Sequence record: NZ_LT960778.1 | DNA: 31,701 nt | Direction: 5' to 3' (one strand) | DNA from: a plasmid | Shown here: piece after piece, positions 1 to 10,213 of the stretch | Layout of the letters: every line of letters begins with the position of its first letter | How positions within the stretch are numbered: position 1 is the stretch's first letter | Notes under the pieces: generated by a model | What the model was told of the DNA's origin: nothing | Database searches by the model: none | Seen by the model: the letters and a program-made list of their open reading frames with translations, nothing else | Program-made: the position numbers and the translations under genes

Positions 1-78
1 CTAATCAAGCGACTCACATGTAAAATTGTATACATTTTTACATGTGAACAGATACTAGATGTTTATTCATCAGTATAT

Positions 79-471
79 CTACAAAAAAATACTAATGTAT
101 ACATTAGTATTTTTTACTTTTCTAGATTTCATTTTTACATCTTTTGCTTCCAGCGTTGCTAATTGATTTTTAAAACTTCTTTTCTCATCATCGCTTAACT
201 GCTCTACAAAAGAATCCAAAGCACGATCAATTGCGTCCTTTTGTGACTTGGCAACACCAATGATTGAAAGAGCCTCCGCTTTATTTTTTATATGGTTATT
301 AATTCTTACATTCGCGTAATAAGTCACGCTCTCAATCTTACTGCTCTTACTTTGTTCGCCTGGATTACTTAAATCTTTTATGCTCATAGAGTTCTCTGGT
401 TCAATACGCTTTCCACGGTCTAAACTATTTGATTTTACTCTATTTGAATTTAATAAACTACCCATTTTCAA
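79..471 (-). CDS. Small partition protein, second gene of the parA operon (ParB/ParR-like centromere-binding protein, putative). The likely start is the third codon (MGSLL).
   Basis: 130-aa basic ORF. Its start overlaps the stop of the upstream Walker-ATPase parA gene by 14 nt. It is flanked by palindromic ATGTATACAT boxes. No motif was recognised beyond operon context. Confidence 0.45.
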   Translation of the reverse strand: MKMGSLLNSNRVKSNSLDRGKRIEPENSMSIKDLSNPGEQSKSSKIESVTYYANVRINNHIKNKAEALSIIGVAKSQKDAIDRALDSFVEQLSDDEKRSFKNQLATLEAKDVKMKSRKVKNTNVYISIFL

Positions 472-1282
472 TAGCCCCTATTCTACTAATCATTTCAGTC
501 GTAACTTTTTCATATACATTCTGTACTGCATGATCAAACTGATCTTTAAACATTACACCAGTCACATCATACCGTTTAAGTCGTTCCATATTTTTAATTG
601 TAATATCAAAAATATTTTCACTACCAAATAACTCTTTTGCAACCTCTAAAGTACTGTTGTCAACTGGAGCCCCATTTTTTAAAAGGACTGGAAGAATTCC
701 AATTAGATCGAGAGTTGGTGCCTTAAATGTATCAATAACTTGTTCTTGCATATAGTTAATAAATGCTTCTGCCCCTTGCAAGGATCTTTCCTGAGTTTGT
801 AGAACAATCACACAATAATCTGAAGCATATAGTGCACTGTCTGTAATCAATGAAATTGTTGGTGGAATATCAATTAAAATATAATCATACTTTTCCTTAA
901 ATTCCTTCATTAATTTCGAAAAGTACCAAACTCTTTCATTATAATCGCTACTTACTGTTTCCATGAATCGGGGATATAATGAGAAGTCTGCACTAGATGG
1001 TAATACATCAAGGTTAGGTAAAATATTAATTATTGTTTGACTCAAATCTTGATCTTTTATACCAGCCATTAACGTTTTATTAAATGATACGATTTCGTTG
1101 TCAACGTTTTCTTTTGTCTTCAAGTAAAGGTTTGTTGCATTCCCTTGAGGATCAAGATCGACTAATAACGTTTTTAAATTTCTTCTTGCAAGTTCAATTC
1201 CTACCATTGTGCTAGTTGTTGTCTTTCCAGTTCCGCCTTTGAAATTACCAAATGTAATTACACGACTGCTCATAAAATTCAC
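458..1282 (-). CDS. parA: ParA/Soj-family plasmid partition ATPase
   Basis: N-terminal deviant Walker A KGGTGKTT in ITFGNFKGGTGKTTTS. It is about 274 aa and has the ParA-typical DLDPQGN motif. A small downstream gene overlaps it. Confidence 0.85.
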   Translation of the reverse strand: MNFMSSRVITFGNFKGGTGKTTTSTMVGIELARRNLKTLLVDLDPQGNATNLYLKTKENVDNEIVSFNKTLMAGIKDQDLSQTIINILPNLDVLPSSADFSLYPRFMETVSSDYNERVWYFSKLMKEFKEKYDYILIDIPPTISLITDSALYASDYCVIVLQTQERSLQGAEAFINYMQEQVIDTFKAPTLDLIGILPVLLKNGAPVDNSTLEVAKELFGSENIFDITIKNMERLKRYDVTGVMFKDQFDHAVQNVYEKVTTEMISRIGAIENG

Positions 1283-1289
1283 GCTCCCT

Positions 1290-1500
1290 TTTAATTAGTA
1301 CATGTATACAATACCACATGTAAGCAAATAGTCAAGTACTATTGTACTAATGTATACATGTTTACTTTAGTATTAAAAGTTGTGTATTGCTTATTTATAG
1401 GTATTATTATGTGTAAAAATGTATACATATTTACTTTTTTACATTAATACAAGTAAACAAAATATTTATCGTGCCTTCCAATGTATACATGTTTACATTG
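1290..1500. repeat. Array of roughly 19-bp iterons, each containing the palindrome ATGTATACAT, spaced about 60 bp apart upstream of parA. Candidate centromere or operator.
   Basis: Perfect boxes at 1360-1369, 1419-1428 and 1481-1490, each followed by GTTTAC(T/A)TT. There is a degenerate box at 1312-1321. Further copies lie downstream of the small par gene at 27-35 and 95-104. Confidence 0.5.
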
Positions 1501-1731
1501 AAAGATATTTTAACTTTACATTTCACAACGAATAACTTATTGTTAAATTAAATAAAAAAAGCCACCACGAACTGGAATTCGTGATGACCAACTTTAAGAA
1601 GTTATTTGACTGTAATTTCTTCTAAACTATGTCTTTGATTATAGGCTATTTTGTTCAAAATAGCAATATAAAAAGGCTTGTTTGAGTATACATAAAAGTA
1701 GGTCGTGCGGCTTTTCAAAAGAGATTCTGGT

Positions 1732-1800
1732 TTAACCAGGCTCGCATTTGCCTACTCTAAAAACACTAGAGCGGACTCGCAAATGCGGGTTCGCTCTTTT
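1732..1800 (+). promoter_or_regulatory. Nested hairpins in the repA1 leader (CGCATTTGC/GCAAATGCG and AGAGCG...CGCTCTTTTT). Candidate attenuator or countertranscript target for copy control.
   Basis: The inverted repeats sit directly before the repA1 RBS (AAGGAGATCTAACATG) and end in a T-run. Confidence 0.3.
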
Positions 1801-1803
1801 TAA

Positions 1804-2820
1804 TTGATAAGGAGATCTAACATGGATAATCAACTGAACTATTACAACATTAAGCGGGAATACGCACTTAAATTCTTCCAAGTTCCTAAGGTCTTTATGA
1901 CAAACGACAAATATAAAAAATTGAGTGCTGAAGCAAAACTTGCTTTCGCCATTCTTTCTGACCGCCTCCAACTTTCAATCAAAAACCATTGGTTCGATAA
2001 AGCCGGCAATATTTATTTTATTTACACTGGCGAACAACTAGAGCAGATTCTTGGTTGCGGACACTCAAAAATCACTTCAATCAAAAAGGAATTAACTGAG
2101 GCCCAATTATTAGTTATGAAACGTATGGGACAAGGTAAAGCAAATCGTATGTATTTACTTGGACCGGAAATTACTGATAACGATATTTATGGCATCGATC
2201 AACTTGAAACAGCTGAAAATCCACTCGCAGAAGAAGTTGTAAACATTGATTTACCAACATCTATGAATGATGGACAGCCTGAAACCCTTGATAAATCTAG
2301 ATTGCTGAAAAACAGTAATCTAGATTACCGAAAAACGGTAACTAGTGATACTGATATTAATAATACTGAATATCTTAAAACCTTAAATACAGATACTAAA
2401 AAAACAGATACTCTAACGGACAGTCCTCAAAATATCAAGCAGCTACAAGACGCTGCGCTGTTTGAAGTGCAATTAGAAAACGACAATATCTTTTCTAAAC
2501 AACAACTTTTAGCCTTAAAACTCTTATCAAACGGAGATTTTGAATTGTTTTGTACTGTTCAAAAAACAATTCTACGTGCCAAAAAACAAGCATTAAACAG
2601 TCATCAGATACAAAGTAGCTTGTTTGATTTACAAGACGAAGACATCGACCAACCTGTTTATGATGCCTTAATGCGAATTGTCCAACAAGTACGGTTGGGT
2701 GCAATACAGGATTTAAATAGCTATGTATTTAGCACTATGTTTGATCAGTTTGAGCAACTAGGCAGTAAACGTGCCATAACAGCATATAAAACTAGTGGGG
2801 CAACTATCACCTGGGAGTAA
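1804..2820 (+). CDS. repA: Plasmid replication initiator, RepA_N family (theta-type, Firmicutes)
   Basis: The N-terminus MDNQLNYYNIKREYALKFFQVPKVF...AKLAFAILSDRLQLS...YFIYT is the conserved RepA_N winged-helix region, followed by a variable C-terminus. Good RBS. Confidence 0.8.
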   Translation: MIRRSNMDNQLNYYNIKREYALKFFQVPKVFMTNDKYKKLSAEAKLAFAILSDRLQLSIKNHWFDKAGNIYFIYTGEQLEQILGCGHSKITSIKKELTEAQLLVMKRMGQGKANRMYLLGPEITDNDIYGIDQLETAENPLAEEVVNIDLPTSMNDGQPETLDKSRLLKNSNLDYRKTVTSDTDINNTEYLKTLNTDTKKTDTLTDSPQNIKQLQDAALFEVQLENDNIFSKQQLLALKLLSNGDFELFCTVQKTILRAKKQALNSHQIQSSLFDLQDEDIDQPVYDALMRIVQQVRLGAIQDLNSYVFSTMFDQFEQLGSKRAITAYKTSGATITWE

Positions 2821-3232
2821 CTTTTAAGGCGCTATCAGGCTAATTATTAGTACCCAGGGTAATTTTTATTAAATTTCATATTGCAACTTAATTGTCTGCT
2901 ATGTCATGATGTACACGAGCAAAGCGAACAAGAGTTTGTCAAAAAGGGTTAAATACCGTATATACAACGTTTGAAAAACATAAGAAGCTTTATTTTCATG
3001 TTAAAAATTTAATTAACTAAATTCATAATTGTTAGCGGTTAATAAATTGTATGATTTATTAATTTATTAAAATTTGTCGTTAATCGGCATTTAGTTTAAA
3101 TTTACAAAAATATTGGAGGTAGTAGCATGAATACGCTATATTTTCACGCCACATTTGTCACTTAGTTCGTGAATTGCAAAATAAATTCTTAAAATTTATA
3201 TTGCAATTAAAAAAACTTAATGGTAGGTATTA

Positions 3233-4129
3233 ATGTATGGCGAGCAATACAAGCATTTAAGCAATGACGCTAAATTAGCCTATATGGTACTAAAAGACCG
3301 ATTAGAGTATTCTTTGCGCAATAACTGGGTTGATAGTGAAGGACACGTCTACTTTATCTTTACCAATCAAGAACTAATGGACTTGTTCAATTGTTCAAAG
3401 GGAAAAGTCATCAAAATAAAAGCAGAGTTGGAATCAATCGGATTACTCGTTCAGAAACAAATGGACTTTAACCCGAAAACTAAGAAAAATGAACCGAATC
3501 GCTTATATCTGTCCAAGCTCGATGTGAAAGCAACCGATGTCTATTTACGCGGCGAATTTGGTCAAAAAAGCTCTCAAACCCTTGCTACGAGCGGAAGTTC
3601 AAAAAATGGACTTAATCTATATAAAGAACCTAAAGATAAAGATAGATACAATATAGATACTCAAAAGTTGGACTTTTCCACAGCTCATTTCTCACCAGCA
3701 GAAATTCAAAAACAAAACCAGGATCTCATAAATCATGCTAATGACTTCTTAACTGATGAAGACAGTGGCTTACCGGTTTTCTTAGAACCCGAAGCTGTGC
3801 AACTACTTAGTTTTTGGTGCCGTACCCCGCAACAAATGCGGCGCTTCATTGGTATTATCTTAAATGCTAAGTACCGAGTTGAAAAGGATCATCAAGATAT
3901 TGGCGTCATAATCCCGCTTTACGACGAAGAACTAAAACCTTTGATGACTAAAGCCTTAAGACGCTACTTTAACGCCCTAAGAAGCAATGAAAAGCATATC
4001 AAGAACGTGGAAAACTACTTGTACGGCACCATGCAAAACCTATTTGGCGTTTGGTGGAATAAACAAGCGGCTAGAGAATATGCGGCCAAACACCCCGAAG
4101 AACAGAACACTGACAATGGGCGTTCTTGA
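3233..4129 (+). CDS. Second RepA_N-family replication initiator (paralogous replicon)
   Basis: YKHLSNDAKLAYMVLKDRLEYSLRNNWVDSEGHVYFIFT is homologous to the N-terminal domain of the first repA. An AT-rich repeat-rich region lies upstream at 2880-3230. Confidence 0.75.
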   Translation: MYGEQYKHLSNDAKLAYMVLKDRLEYSLRNNWVDSEGHVYFIFTNQELMDLFNCSKGKVIKIKAELESIGLLVQKQMDFNPKTKKNEPNRLYLSKLDVKATDVYLRGEFGQKSSQTLATSGSSKNGLNLYKEPKDKDRYNIDTQKLDFSTAHFSPAEIQKQNQDLINHANDFLTDEDSGLPVFLEPEAVQLLSFWCRTPQQMRRFIGIILNAKYRVEKDHQDIGVIIPLYDEELKPLMTKALRRYFNALRSNEKHIKNVENYLYGTMQNLFGVWWNKQAAREYAAKHPEEQNTDNGRS

Positions 4130-4404
4130 AATTAAACGTCATATGGACTCATTTAAGCCGTTTTAAGTGTTGCATGCATAATTATATTAAAACTGCTTTA
4201 AAATCGTTTAGAAGCAAAAATAGGTGCCTTAAGTGGTTGAACAGGTGATGACTGAACTAAGTGAAAGTGAAGGGAGCTTTTTAAATAATCAAACCAAGCA
4301 AAGAAGTCGAAAAAATAGAGCAATTGTTGGCTGACCCCTGGACAGTCAATATTTAAGGCATTTGGGAACAAGCGGCACATAATCCAGACCCTGATAAGCG
4401 CAAG

Positions 4405-5355
4405 TTGTTTGACGCGTTACACACTTACCTCTTAGATAAACGGCAAGAAAAAAATTATCAACGAAAAGCATTTCGTGATTTAACATGGACGAGTCAAAGA
4501 ATCAGTGGTTGGAATGAAAAGGAGGCACAAAATATGACTAAGACACAAGCATATATGGACAAGTATCAATTTACAGTTGCAGAAAACAAACGGTTTGCTC
4601 GAACAAATTTTACCAAGCTAGTGCACACTAATGCCCGCTTTGAAGGCGTAAATACCACTTTGCCGCAAACACAAACCATTATGGACGGCATGAGTGTGGC
4701 AGGCGTTCCTGTTGAAGATATTTTGACAATTGTTAACTTAAAGCGTGGGTGGCAATATATCACTGATCAAAATGCCCCTTTAACGTTAACCATGGAAAAA
4801 CAAATTAACAAGATTGTGGCCGCGGAAGACGCCTTAGTACCAGGAGAATTACGGCAAGGAAAAGGAGGAGTTGATTTAGGCAGTGAAGACTTTTTTGAAT
4901 CACCCTTAATTAACGAAAAACAAGAACAATCCTTTTTACAAAAAATTTTGGCTGATCCGCAAACAACGACCACTGATAAAGCATTGACTGTTATGTATCA
5001 TAATATGCGCCAACAAATCTTTTGGGACGGGAACAAAAGGACGGCGACTTTAAGTGCTAATAAAATTATGATTGACGGTGGTGCAGGCTTAATCAATGTG
5101 CCGTTAGATAAGTGGGATCAATGGAACGAACTAATTGCCAATTATTATCGAACTAATGACATGGCTAAAATTAAACGGTGGACATATGACAATGGCATTC
5201 AAGGATTACAAATTAGAGCAAACTTAGAGCTTAAATCAGTTGAAGACGAAATTGGTAAAAGAATCCAAGAACAATTAAAAGATTTTGCTAAACACAATCC
5301 AGAAATTAAGCCAAAAAACAATCCTGAAAATAAAAACGATCGGCCTAGTTATTAG
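4405..5355 (+). CDS. Fic/Doc-family protein with a degenerate active-site motif (QxFxDGNKR)
   Basis: The segment QQIFWDGNKRTATLSANKIM matches the Doc/Fic signature HxFx(D/N)GNKR, except that His is replaced by Gln. Confidence 0.45.
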   Translation: MFDALHTYLLDKRQEKNYQRKAFRDLTWTSQRISGWNEKEAQNMTKTQAYMDKYQFTVAENKRFARTNFTKLVHTNARFEGVNTTLPQTQTIMDGMSVAGVPVEDILTIVNLKRGWQYITDQNAPLTLTMEKQINKIVAAEDALVPGELRQGKGGVDLGSEDFFESPLINEKQEQSFLQKILADPQTTTTDKALTVMYHNMRQQIFWDGNKRTATLSANKIMIDGGAGLINVPLDKWDQWNELIANYYRTNDMAKIKRWTYDNGIQGLQIRANLELKSVEDEIGKRIQEQLKDFAKHNPEIKPKNNPENKNDRPSY

Positions 5356-5635
5356 GTTGATCGTTTTTTAATTTATCCGGTTTATGGGCGTTAACATAGT
5401 CAGCAAATGTTTTTAAAAGTTCTTCGGTTTGTTCGACCGAGAGGTTATTAGCTTGAAAGTACTTTTCTAATAAAGCCCCTTTTTGAATTAATCGGCGAGA
5501 ACGAGCTTTGCGGTCTTGCCGATTTTCGTAGTATTTAGATTGCCGTAATTTAAAATCTTCTCGCTCAATTTTTTGTTTTAAACGCGCTTGTTGCTCAACT
5601 AGTTTTTCATATTGATTAGGCATAGTCATTACCAC
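5345..5635 (-). CDS. Small TraD-like relaxosome/conjugal-transfer accessory protein (putative). The likely start is the internal ATG (MPNQYEK).
   Basis: RKARSRRLIQKGALLEK resembles the TraD-family motif RKxxxRxxIQxGxLxxK. It is divergent from the mobA relaxase and has an SD before the internal ATG. Confidence 0.3.
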   Translation of the reverse strand: MVMTMPNQYEKLVEQQARLKQKIEREDFKLRQSKYYENRQDRKARSRRLIQKGALLEKYFQANNLSVEQTEELLKTFADYVNAHKPDKLKNDQPNN

Positions 5636-5642
5636 CTAACTA

Positions 5643-5852
5643 TTATCGGTTATTTTGAGCTTGATTTAAAAAGGCGGCAACTTTTTTAGCAATCATTTTA
5701 ATCTGTGGAGTGGTAAGTGTCCCATAATCCAAATTGGCTGATCTAATGATTTGCTTACCGAGATTTTGTTCAATTTTATTTTTTTCAGCTTTAATCTTTT
5801 GATTAAGCTGTTTTAATTTGGCTTCTTGTTTTTCTAAGTTACTTTGAGACAT
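5643..5852 (-). CDS. Small coiled-coil hypothetical protein, possible mobilisation accessory. The start was moved to the internal ATG with a strong SD (GGAGGGA).
   Basis: 69-aa lysine-rich ORF (MSQSNLEKQEAKLKQLNQKIK...). It is co-oriented with the TraD-like gene and divergent from mobA. Confidence 0.3.
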   Translation of the reverse strand: MSQSNLEKQEAKLKQLNQKIKAEKNKIEQNLGKQIIRSANLDYGTLTTPQIKMIAKKVAAFLNQAQNNR

Positions 5853-5989
5853 AATGATCCCTCCAATCGTATTAAAAATAATCACCGACACTATATCATA
5901 CAGAGAACGTTAAATCAAAGTATAAAAGTTGAAATAGCGAAGCGGAAGTCATACACTAAATTAAAGTTAAGGTAATCAGAAGACCGAGT

Positions 5990-6062
5990 GAAACGAAGTC
6001 AATGCGCACTTACACCCCACTAAATTCTTGTGGGGTAAATCGTGCTAAATCTTCGTATCAGA
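5990..6062 (+). promoter_or_regulatory. Candidate oriT for the MOBQ relaxase
   Basis: Inverted repeat ACCCCAC-TAAATTCTT-GTGGGGT, preceded by GCGCACTTAC and followed by AAATCGTGCTAAATCTTCG, about 60 bp upstream of mobA. IR-plus-nick-region architecture is typical of RSF1010-like MOBQ oriT sites. Confidence 0.45.
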
Positions 6063-6113
6063 AGTTGCCGATGGCGACAACAAAGTCAAAACCCATAGAA
6101 TCAAAGGAAGACG

Positions 6114-8186
6114 GTGACTGACATGGCAATATTCCACATGAGTTTTAGTAATATTAGTGCTGGTAAAGGACGAAGTGCGATTGCCAGTGCCGCTTATCGA
6201 AGTGGTGAAAAGCTATTTGATGATAAGGAAGGTCGCCACTATTTTTATGCCCGATCGATCATGCCAGAAAGCTTTATTTTGACGCCAAAAAATTCACCTG
6301 AATGGGCGAGTGATCGAGAGCAGTTGTGGAATGAAGTTGAAAAGAAAGATCGTAAATCAAACTCACGGTATGCAAAAGAGTTTAACGTGGCTTTACCGGT
6401 AGAATTAAGTGAATCCGAACAGAAAGAATTACTGACAAAATATGTGCAAGAAAATTTTGTTGATGAGGGCATGGTAGCCGACGTGGCAATTCATCGCGAC
6501 CACCCAGATAATCCGCACGCTCATGTGATGTTAACTAATCGGCCGTTTAATTCAGATGGAACATGGGGAATTAAGAGCAAAAAGCAATATATTTTAGATG
6601 ATAATGGCAACAAAACATATACCGGAACTAGCAAGTACCCTAAGAGTAGAAAGATACTGATGGTCGATTGGGATAAAAAAGAAAAAATAACTGAATGGCG
6701 TCATAATTGGGCAGTTAGTGTCAATCAGGCTTTAGAGCAAAAAAACATTCCTGATCGGATCAGTGAAAAATCATTTGTGGAACAGGGAATAGCTGACACA
6801 CCAATGCAACACGAGGGAATCAATAGCAAACGGCATGAAAGAAAGGCATTTAATCAACAAGTTAAGAACTATCGTAAGTCCAAAGCTGGCTATAAAAATA
6901 TGCAGGAGAAAGTAGTTAATCGAGGCCACTTGGATAGCCTAAGTAAACACTTCTCGTTTAACGAGAAAAAAGTGGTCAAAGAGTTAAGCCACGAACTGAA
7001 AACTTATATTAGTTTGGAAAGTTTAGATGATAAGCGGCGCATGCTATTTAATTGGAAAAACAGTACCTTAATTAAGCACGCTGTTGGTGAAGATGTCACT
7101 AAGCAATTATTGACGATTAACCAACAAGAAAGTTCACTAAAAAAAGCAGATGAACTCTTAAATAAAGTAGTTGATCGCACGACTAAAAAACTTTATCCAG
7201 AGCTTGATTTTGAACAGACAACCGCGGCTGAACGACGGGAATTGATTAAAGAAACTAATAGTGAACAAACGATTTTCAAAGGCAGTGAATTAAACGAACG
7301 TTTAATGAATATTCGTGATGATTTATTGGTCCGACAATTATTGACCTTTACCAAACGGCCATACGTTGGCTGGAAGATATTAATGCAACAAGAAAAGGAA
7401 GTCAAAATCGAGCTTAAATATACGCTGATGATTCATGATGATAGCTTAGAAAGTCTAGAACACGTTGATCAAGGTCTACTAGAAAAGTATTCACCAACCG
7501 AGCAGCAAAAGATTACTCGCGCAGTCAAAGATTTGCGAACAATCATGGCTGTGAAGCAAGTTATTCAAACCCAATACCAGGAAGTTTTAAGAAGAGCTTT
7601 TCCTAACGGCAATTTTAATGAATTACCAATGATTAAACAGGAACAAGCCTATACAGCCGTGATGTACTATGATCCTGTTTTAAAGCCATGTCAGGCTGAA
7701 ACAATTGAACAGTGGCAAGCAAATCCACCACAGGTGTTCAGTCCCCAAGAACAGCAACAAGGACTATCTTACTTGTCGGGACAGCTTAGCTTAGATCAGT
7801 TAGAGAATCATCACTTACAACGGGTTTTAAAGCATGACGGCACTAAACAACTCTTTTTGGGTGAATGTAAAGTCGATCCAACGATTAAGAACAGTCAGAT
7901 TGAGAAAATCCAAAAACAGTTAAAAGAGCAACAAGCTAAGGACGATCAATACCGAAAATCCCAGCTGGCACATTATCAACCATTGAACTACAAGCCAGTT
8001 AGTCCAGAATATTACCTAAAGACGGCCTTTAGTGACGCAATCATGGCCGCTCTATATGCCCGTGATGAAGATTACCAACGGCAAAAACAGGCGCAAGGTT
8101 TAAAGGAGACTGAGTGGGAAATGACGAAAAAGCAACGGCAACACCAAACTCGAAACCGGCATGAAGATGGGGGCATGCACTTGTAA
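6114..8186 (+). CDS. mobA: MobA/MobL-family (MOBQ) conjugative relaxase
   Basis: N-terminal relaxase domain [31 protein letters not shown] with a catalytic-Tyr region. It has the HxH motif [19 protein letters not shown], is 690 aa, and has a long coiled-coil C-terminus. Confidence 0.85.
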   Translation: MTDMAIFHMSFSNISAGKGRSAIASAAYRSGEKLFDDKEGRHYFYARSIMPESFILTPKNSPEWASDREQLWNEVEKKDRKSNSRYAKEFNVALPVELSESEQKELLTKYVQENFVDEGMVADVAIHRDHPDNPHAHVMLTNRPFNSDGTWGIKSKKQYILDDNGNKTYTGTSKYPKSRKILMVDWDKKEKITEWRHNWAVSVNQALEQKNIPDRISEKSFVEQGIADTPMQHEGINSKRHERKAFNQQVKNYRKSKAGYKNMQEKVVNRGHLDSLSKHFSFNEKKVVKELSHELKTYISLESLDDKRRMLFNWKNSTLIKHAVGEDVTKQLLTINQQESSLKKADELLNKVVDRTTKKLYPELDFEQTTAAERRELIKETNSEQTIFKGSELNERLMNIRDDLLVRQLLTFTKRPYVGWKILMQQEKEVKIELKYTLMIHDDSLESLEHVDQGLLEKYSPTEQQKITRAVKDLRTIMAVKQVIQTQYQEVLRRAFPNGNFNELPMIKQEQAYTAVMYYDPVLKPCQAETIEQWQANPPQVFSPQEQQQGLSYLSGQLSLDQLENHHLQRVLKHDGTKQLFLGECKVDPTIKNSQIEKIQKQLKEQQAKDDQYRKSQLAHYQPLNYKPVSPEYYLKTAFSDAIMAALYARDEDYQRQKQAQGLKETEWEMTKKQRQHQTRNRHEDGGMHL

Positions 8187-8299
8187 TCACAAAATTAGCG
8201 ACTGGTTAATTGGTATGAATGGTAGCTCATAATGTATTTTATATTGAGAAAAATTTGGTACGTAGAGCGTGCTCGATTAGTTACGTATAGCTGCCAGCC

Positions 8300-9061
8300 T
8301 TGTGTATGGTCTATCAAAGAGACCAGGTAAACAAAACCTTTAAGCCGAAACCCTATTTTGAACTAAATGCTGAAATTATTGCTAATTAGCAAAAATTCGT
8401 CGCAAAATTAGACCCCTATCAGCGATTTAAAGACGGAACAGGGCTAATAACATTCATGCAAGCTAAACACGTTCAGAAAGGATCACAGGCTGGTTTAATC
8501 AAGGGCATTCAAAACCAGGCTAAAAAGCGTGCTAGTCACCAACTATTCTCACTATCCAGTCTCCAAAGTGCCATGAATAAACGTTATCACGCCAGTGCCA
8601 GCCAGACTTTGGCGGCCATTCAGAGTTTATACGAAGCCAAGTTCCTTAGCTATCCCCGAACCGATTGTGCTTATATCACTGATGAAGAATTTGAGTATTT
8701 AATGGCTAATCTGACGAAGTATCTGGGTTTAGTCTCTAAGCAAGTCGCTTTAACCAATACCGCCCCGAATAAGCGCTATGTTAATGGAAAGAAGGTTGAA
8801 GAACACTACGCCATTATCATGACTAAAATCGTCCCGACTAAAGATCAATTAGCTACCTTACCTAAATTACAGCAACAAGTCTATGACTTGGTTTTAAGAA
8901 CGACGTTAGCGATGTTTGCTGATCCGTACGAGTACGAGGAAACTACCATTATTACCCAAGTTGGTGACGCCAATTTTAAAGCAACGGGTAAGGTCTCAAC
9001 TAAGCAAGGTTGGCAAGCTTTATTTGATGATCACAAAGCCGATATAAAGTTGATCAAATGA
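8300..9061 (+). pseudogene. topB: Internal fragment of DNA topoisomerase III (topB remnant) with an in-frame stop
   Basis: LSYPRTDCAYITDEEF is the type IA topoisomerase active-site tyrosine motif (SYPRTD). An upstream in-frame segment ...KPYFELNAEIIAN is interrupted by TAG at 8387. The N- and C-terminal domains are missing. Confidence 0.6.
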
Positions 9062-9304
9062 TTTCAAATCGTTGACGGGAAATGTTATTTGGATAATTTT
9101 TCATGTTTTAAACCCGCTTTTTACATAGAAATATAGTAAAAACATAGATTTTGGATAGCTTCTTATAAAAAATAAGTAGGTTTCCGTTATATTCTTTATA
9201 AAAGTGTTTAGCAGTTGGGAGTCGTTGACAATTTAAAAATTTGTCTGCGGCTTCTTTTCTTTTAGTCTAAAATAGAGGTTAATAACTAACAGGAGGATTA
9301 CTAA

Positions 9305-10213
9305 ATGATCAAACCCGAAAAGACAATCAATGGAACCAAATGGATTGAAACGATTCAAATCAATGCCGAAGAACGGGCAACCCTCGAAGATCAGTATGGC
9401 ATCGATGAAGATATTATTGAGTACGTCACTGATAATGATGAAAGTACTAATTATGTTTATGATATCAATGAGGACGACCAATTATTCATCTTTCTGGCGC
9501 CGTATGCCCTCGACAAAGATGCGCTGAGATACATTACCCAGCCATTTGGCATATTGCTCCATAAGGGCGTTTTATTCACGTTTAATCAAAGCCACATACC
9601 TGAAGTCAACACGGCACTTTACTCGGCATTGGATAATCCCGAGGTTAAGAGCGTCGATGCATTTATTCTGGAAACACTGTTTACAGTTGTTGACAGCTTT
9701 ATCCCAATTTCTCGCGCCATTACCAAGAAACGCAACTATTTGGATAAAATGTTGAACCGGAAGACGAAGAACAGTGACTTGGTTTCACTTTCATATCTTC
9801 AACAGACGTTGACCTTTTTGTCCAGCGCGGTCCAAACCAATCTCAGTGAACTCGATCGTTTGCCAAAGACCCATTTTGGTGTCGGTGCTGACCAAGATAA
9901 AATTGATTTATTCGAAGACGTGCAAATTGAAGGAGAACAGGTCCAACGGATGTTTGAGATTGAAACCCAAGTCGTTGACCGAATCGATCATACCTTCAAC
10001 AGCCTTGCTAATAACAACCTGAACGATACAATGAAATTTTTGACAATTTGGTCACTGACCATGGCTGTGCCAACGATCATTACCGGATTCTATGGGATGA
10101 ACGTGAAACTCCCGTTAGCCGGGATGCAATATGCTTGGATGCTGACTTTGGGGATTTCTGTCGCCTTGATTGTGGCGATGCTGATTATGCTGAAGGTCTG
10201 GCGGAAGATGTGA
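9305..10213 (+). CDS. corA: CorA-family Mg2+/Co2+ transporter
   Basis: Signature YGMNVKLP (GMN motif) followed by two C-terminal TM helices. Strong RBS ACAGGAGGATTACTAAATG. Confidence 0.85.
   Translation: MIKPEKTINGTKWIETIQINAEERATLEDQYGIDEDIIEYVTDNDESTNYVYDINEDDQLFIFLAPYALDKDALRYITQPFGILLHKGVLFTFNQSHIPEVNTALYSALDNPEVKSVDAFILETLFTVVDSFIPISRAITKKRNYLDKMLNRKTKNSDLVSLSYLQQTLTFLSSAVQTNLSELDRLPKTHFGVGADQDKIDLFEDVQIEGEQVQRMFEIETQVVDRIDHTFNSLANNNLNDTMKFLTIWSLTMAVPTIITGFYGMNVKLPLAGMQYAWMLTLGISVALIVAMLIMLKVWRKM

Noticed and set aside
380-631. 83-aa plus-strand ORF overlapping the parA and small par genes.
   Set aside because: It is antisense to the partition operon. Its composition is low-complexity and AT-driven.
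1732-1971. 79-aa minus-strand ORF overlapping the repA1 start and leader.
   Set aside because: It is antisense to a well-supported gene and to the hairpin leader, and it has no RBS.
2495-2704. 69-aa minus-strand ORF inside repA1. Similar short antisense or overlapping ORFs were seen at 4198-4380, 4566-4973, 6245-6472, 7193-7405, 9233-9755, 10781-10984, 13553-13783, 14381-14623, 17423-17706, 19699-20248, 20514-21111, 22042-22260, 25997-26305 and 29649-29855.
   Set aside because: All lie within or opposite longer ORFs with clear homology. They have no RBS or recognisable domains and are typical six-frame noise.
3127-3165. Tiny ATG-initiated ORF (MNTLYFHATFVT) with an SD in the repA2 leader. 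This could be a leader peptide.
   Set aside because: It is only 12 codons and nothing conserved is recognisable. It cannot be told apart from chance in an AT-rich origin region.
9062-9304. Checked the corA leader for an M-box (ykoK) Mg2+ riboswitch.
   Set aside because: The leader is only about 240 bp and AT-rich. It has no recognisable conserved M-box core or paired helices.
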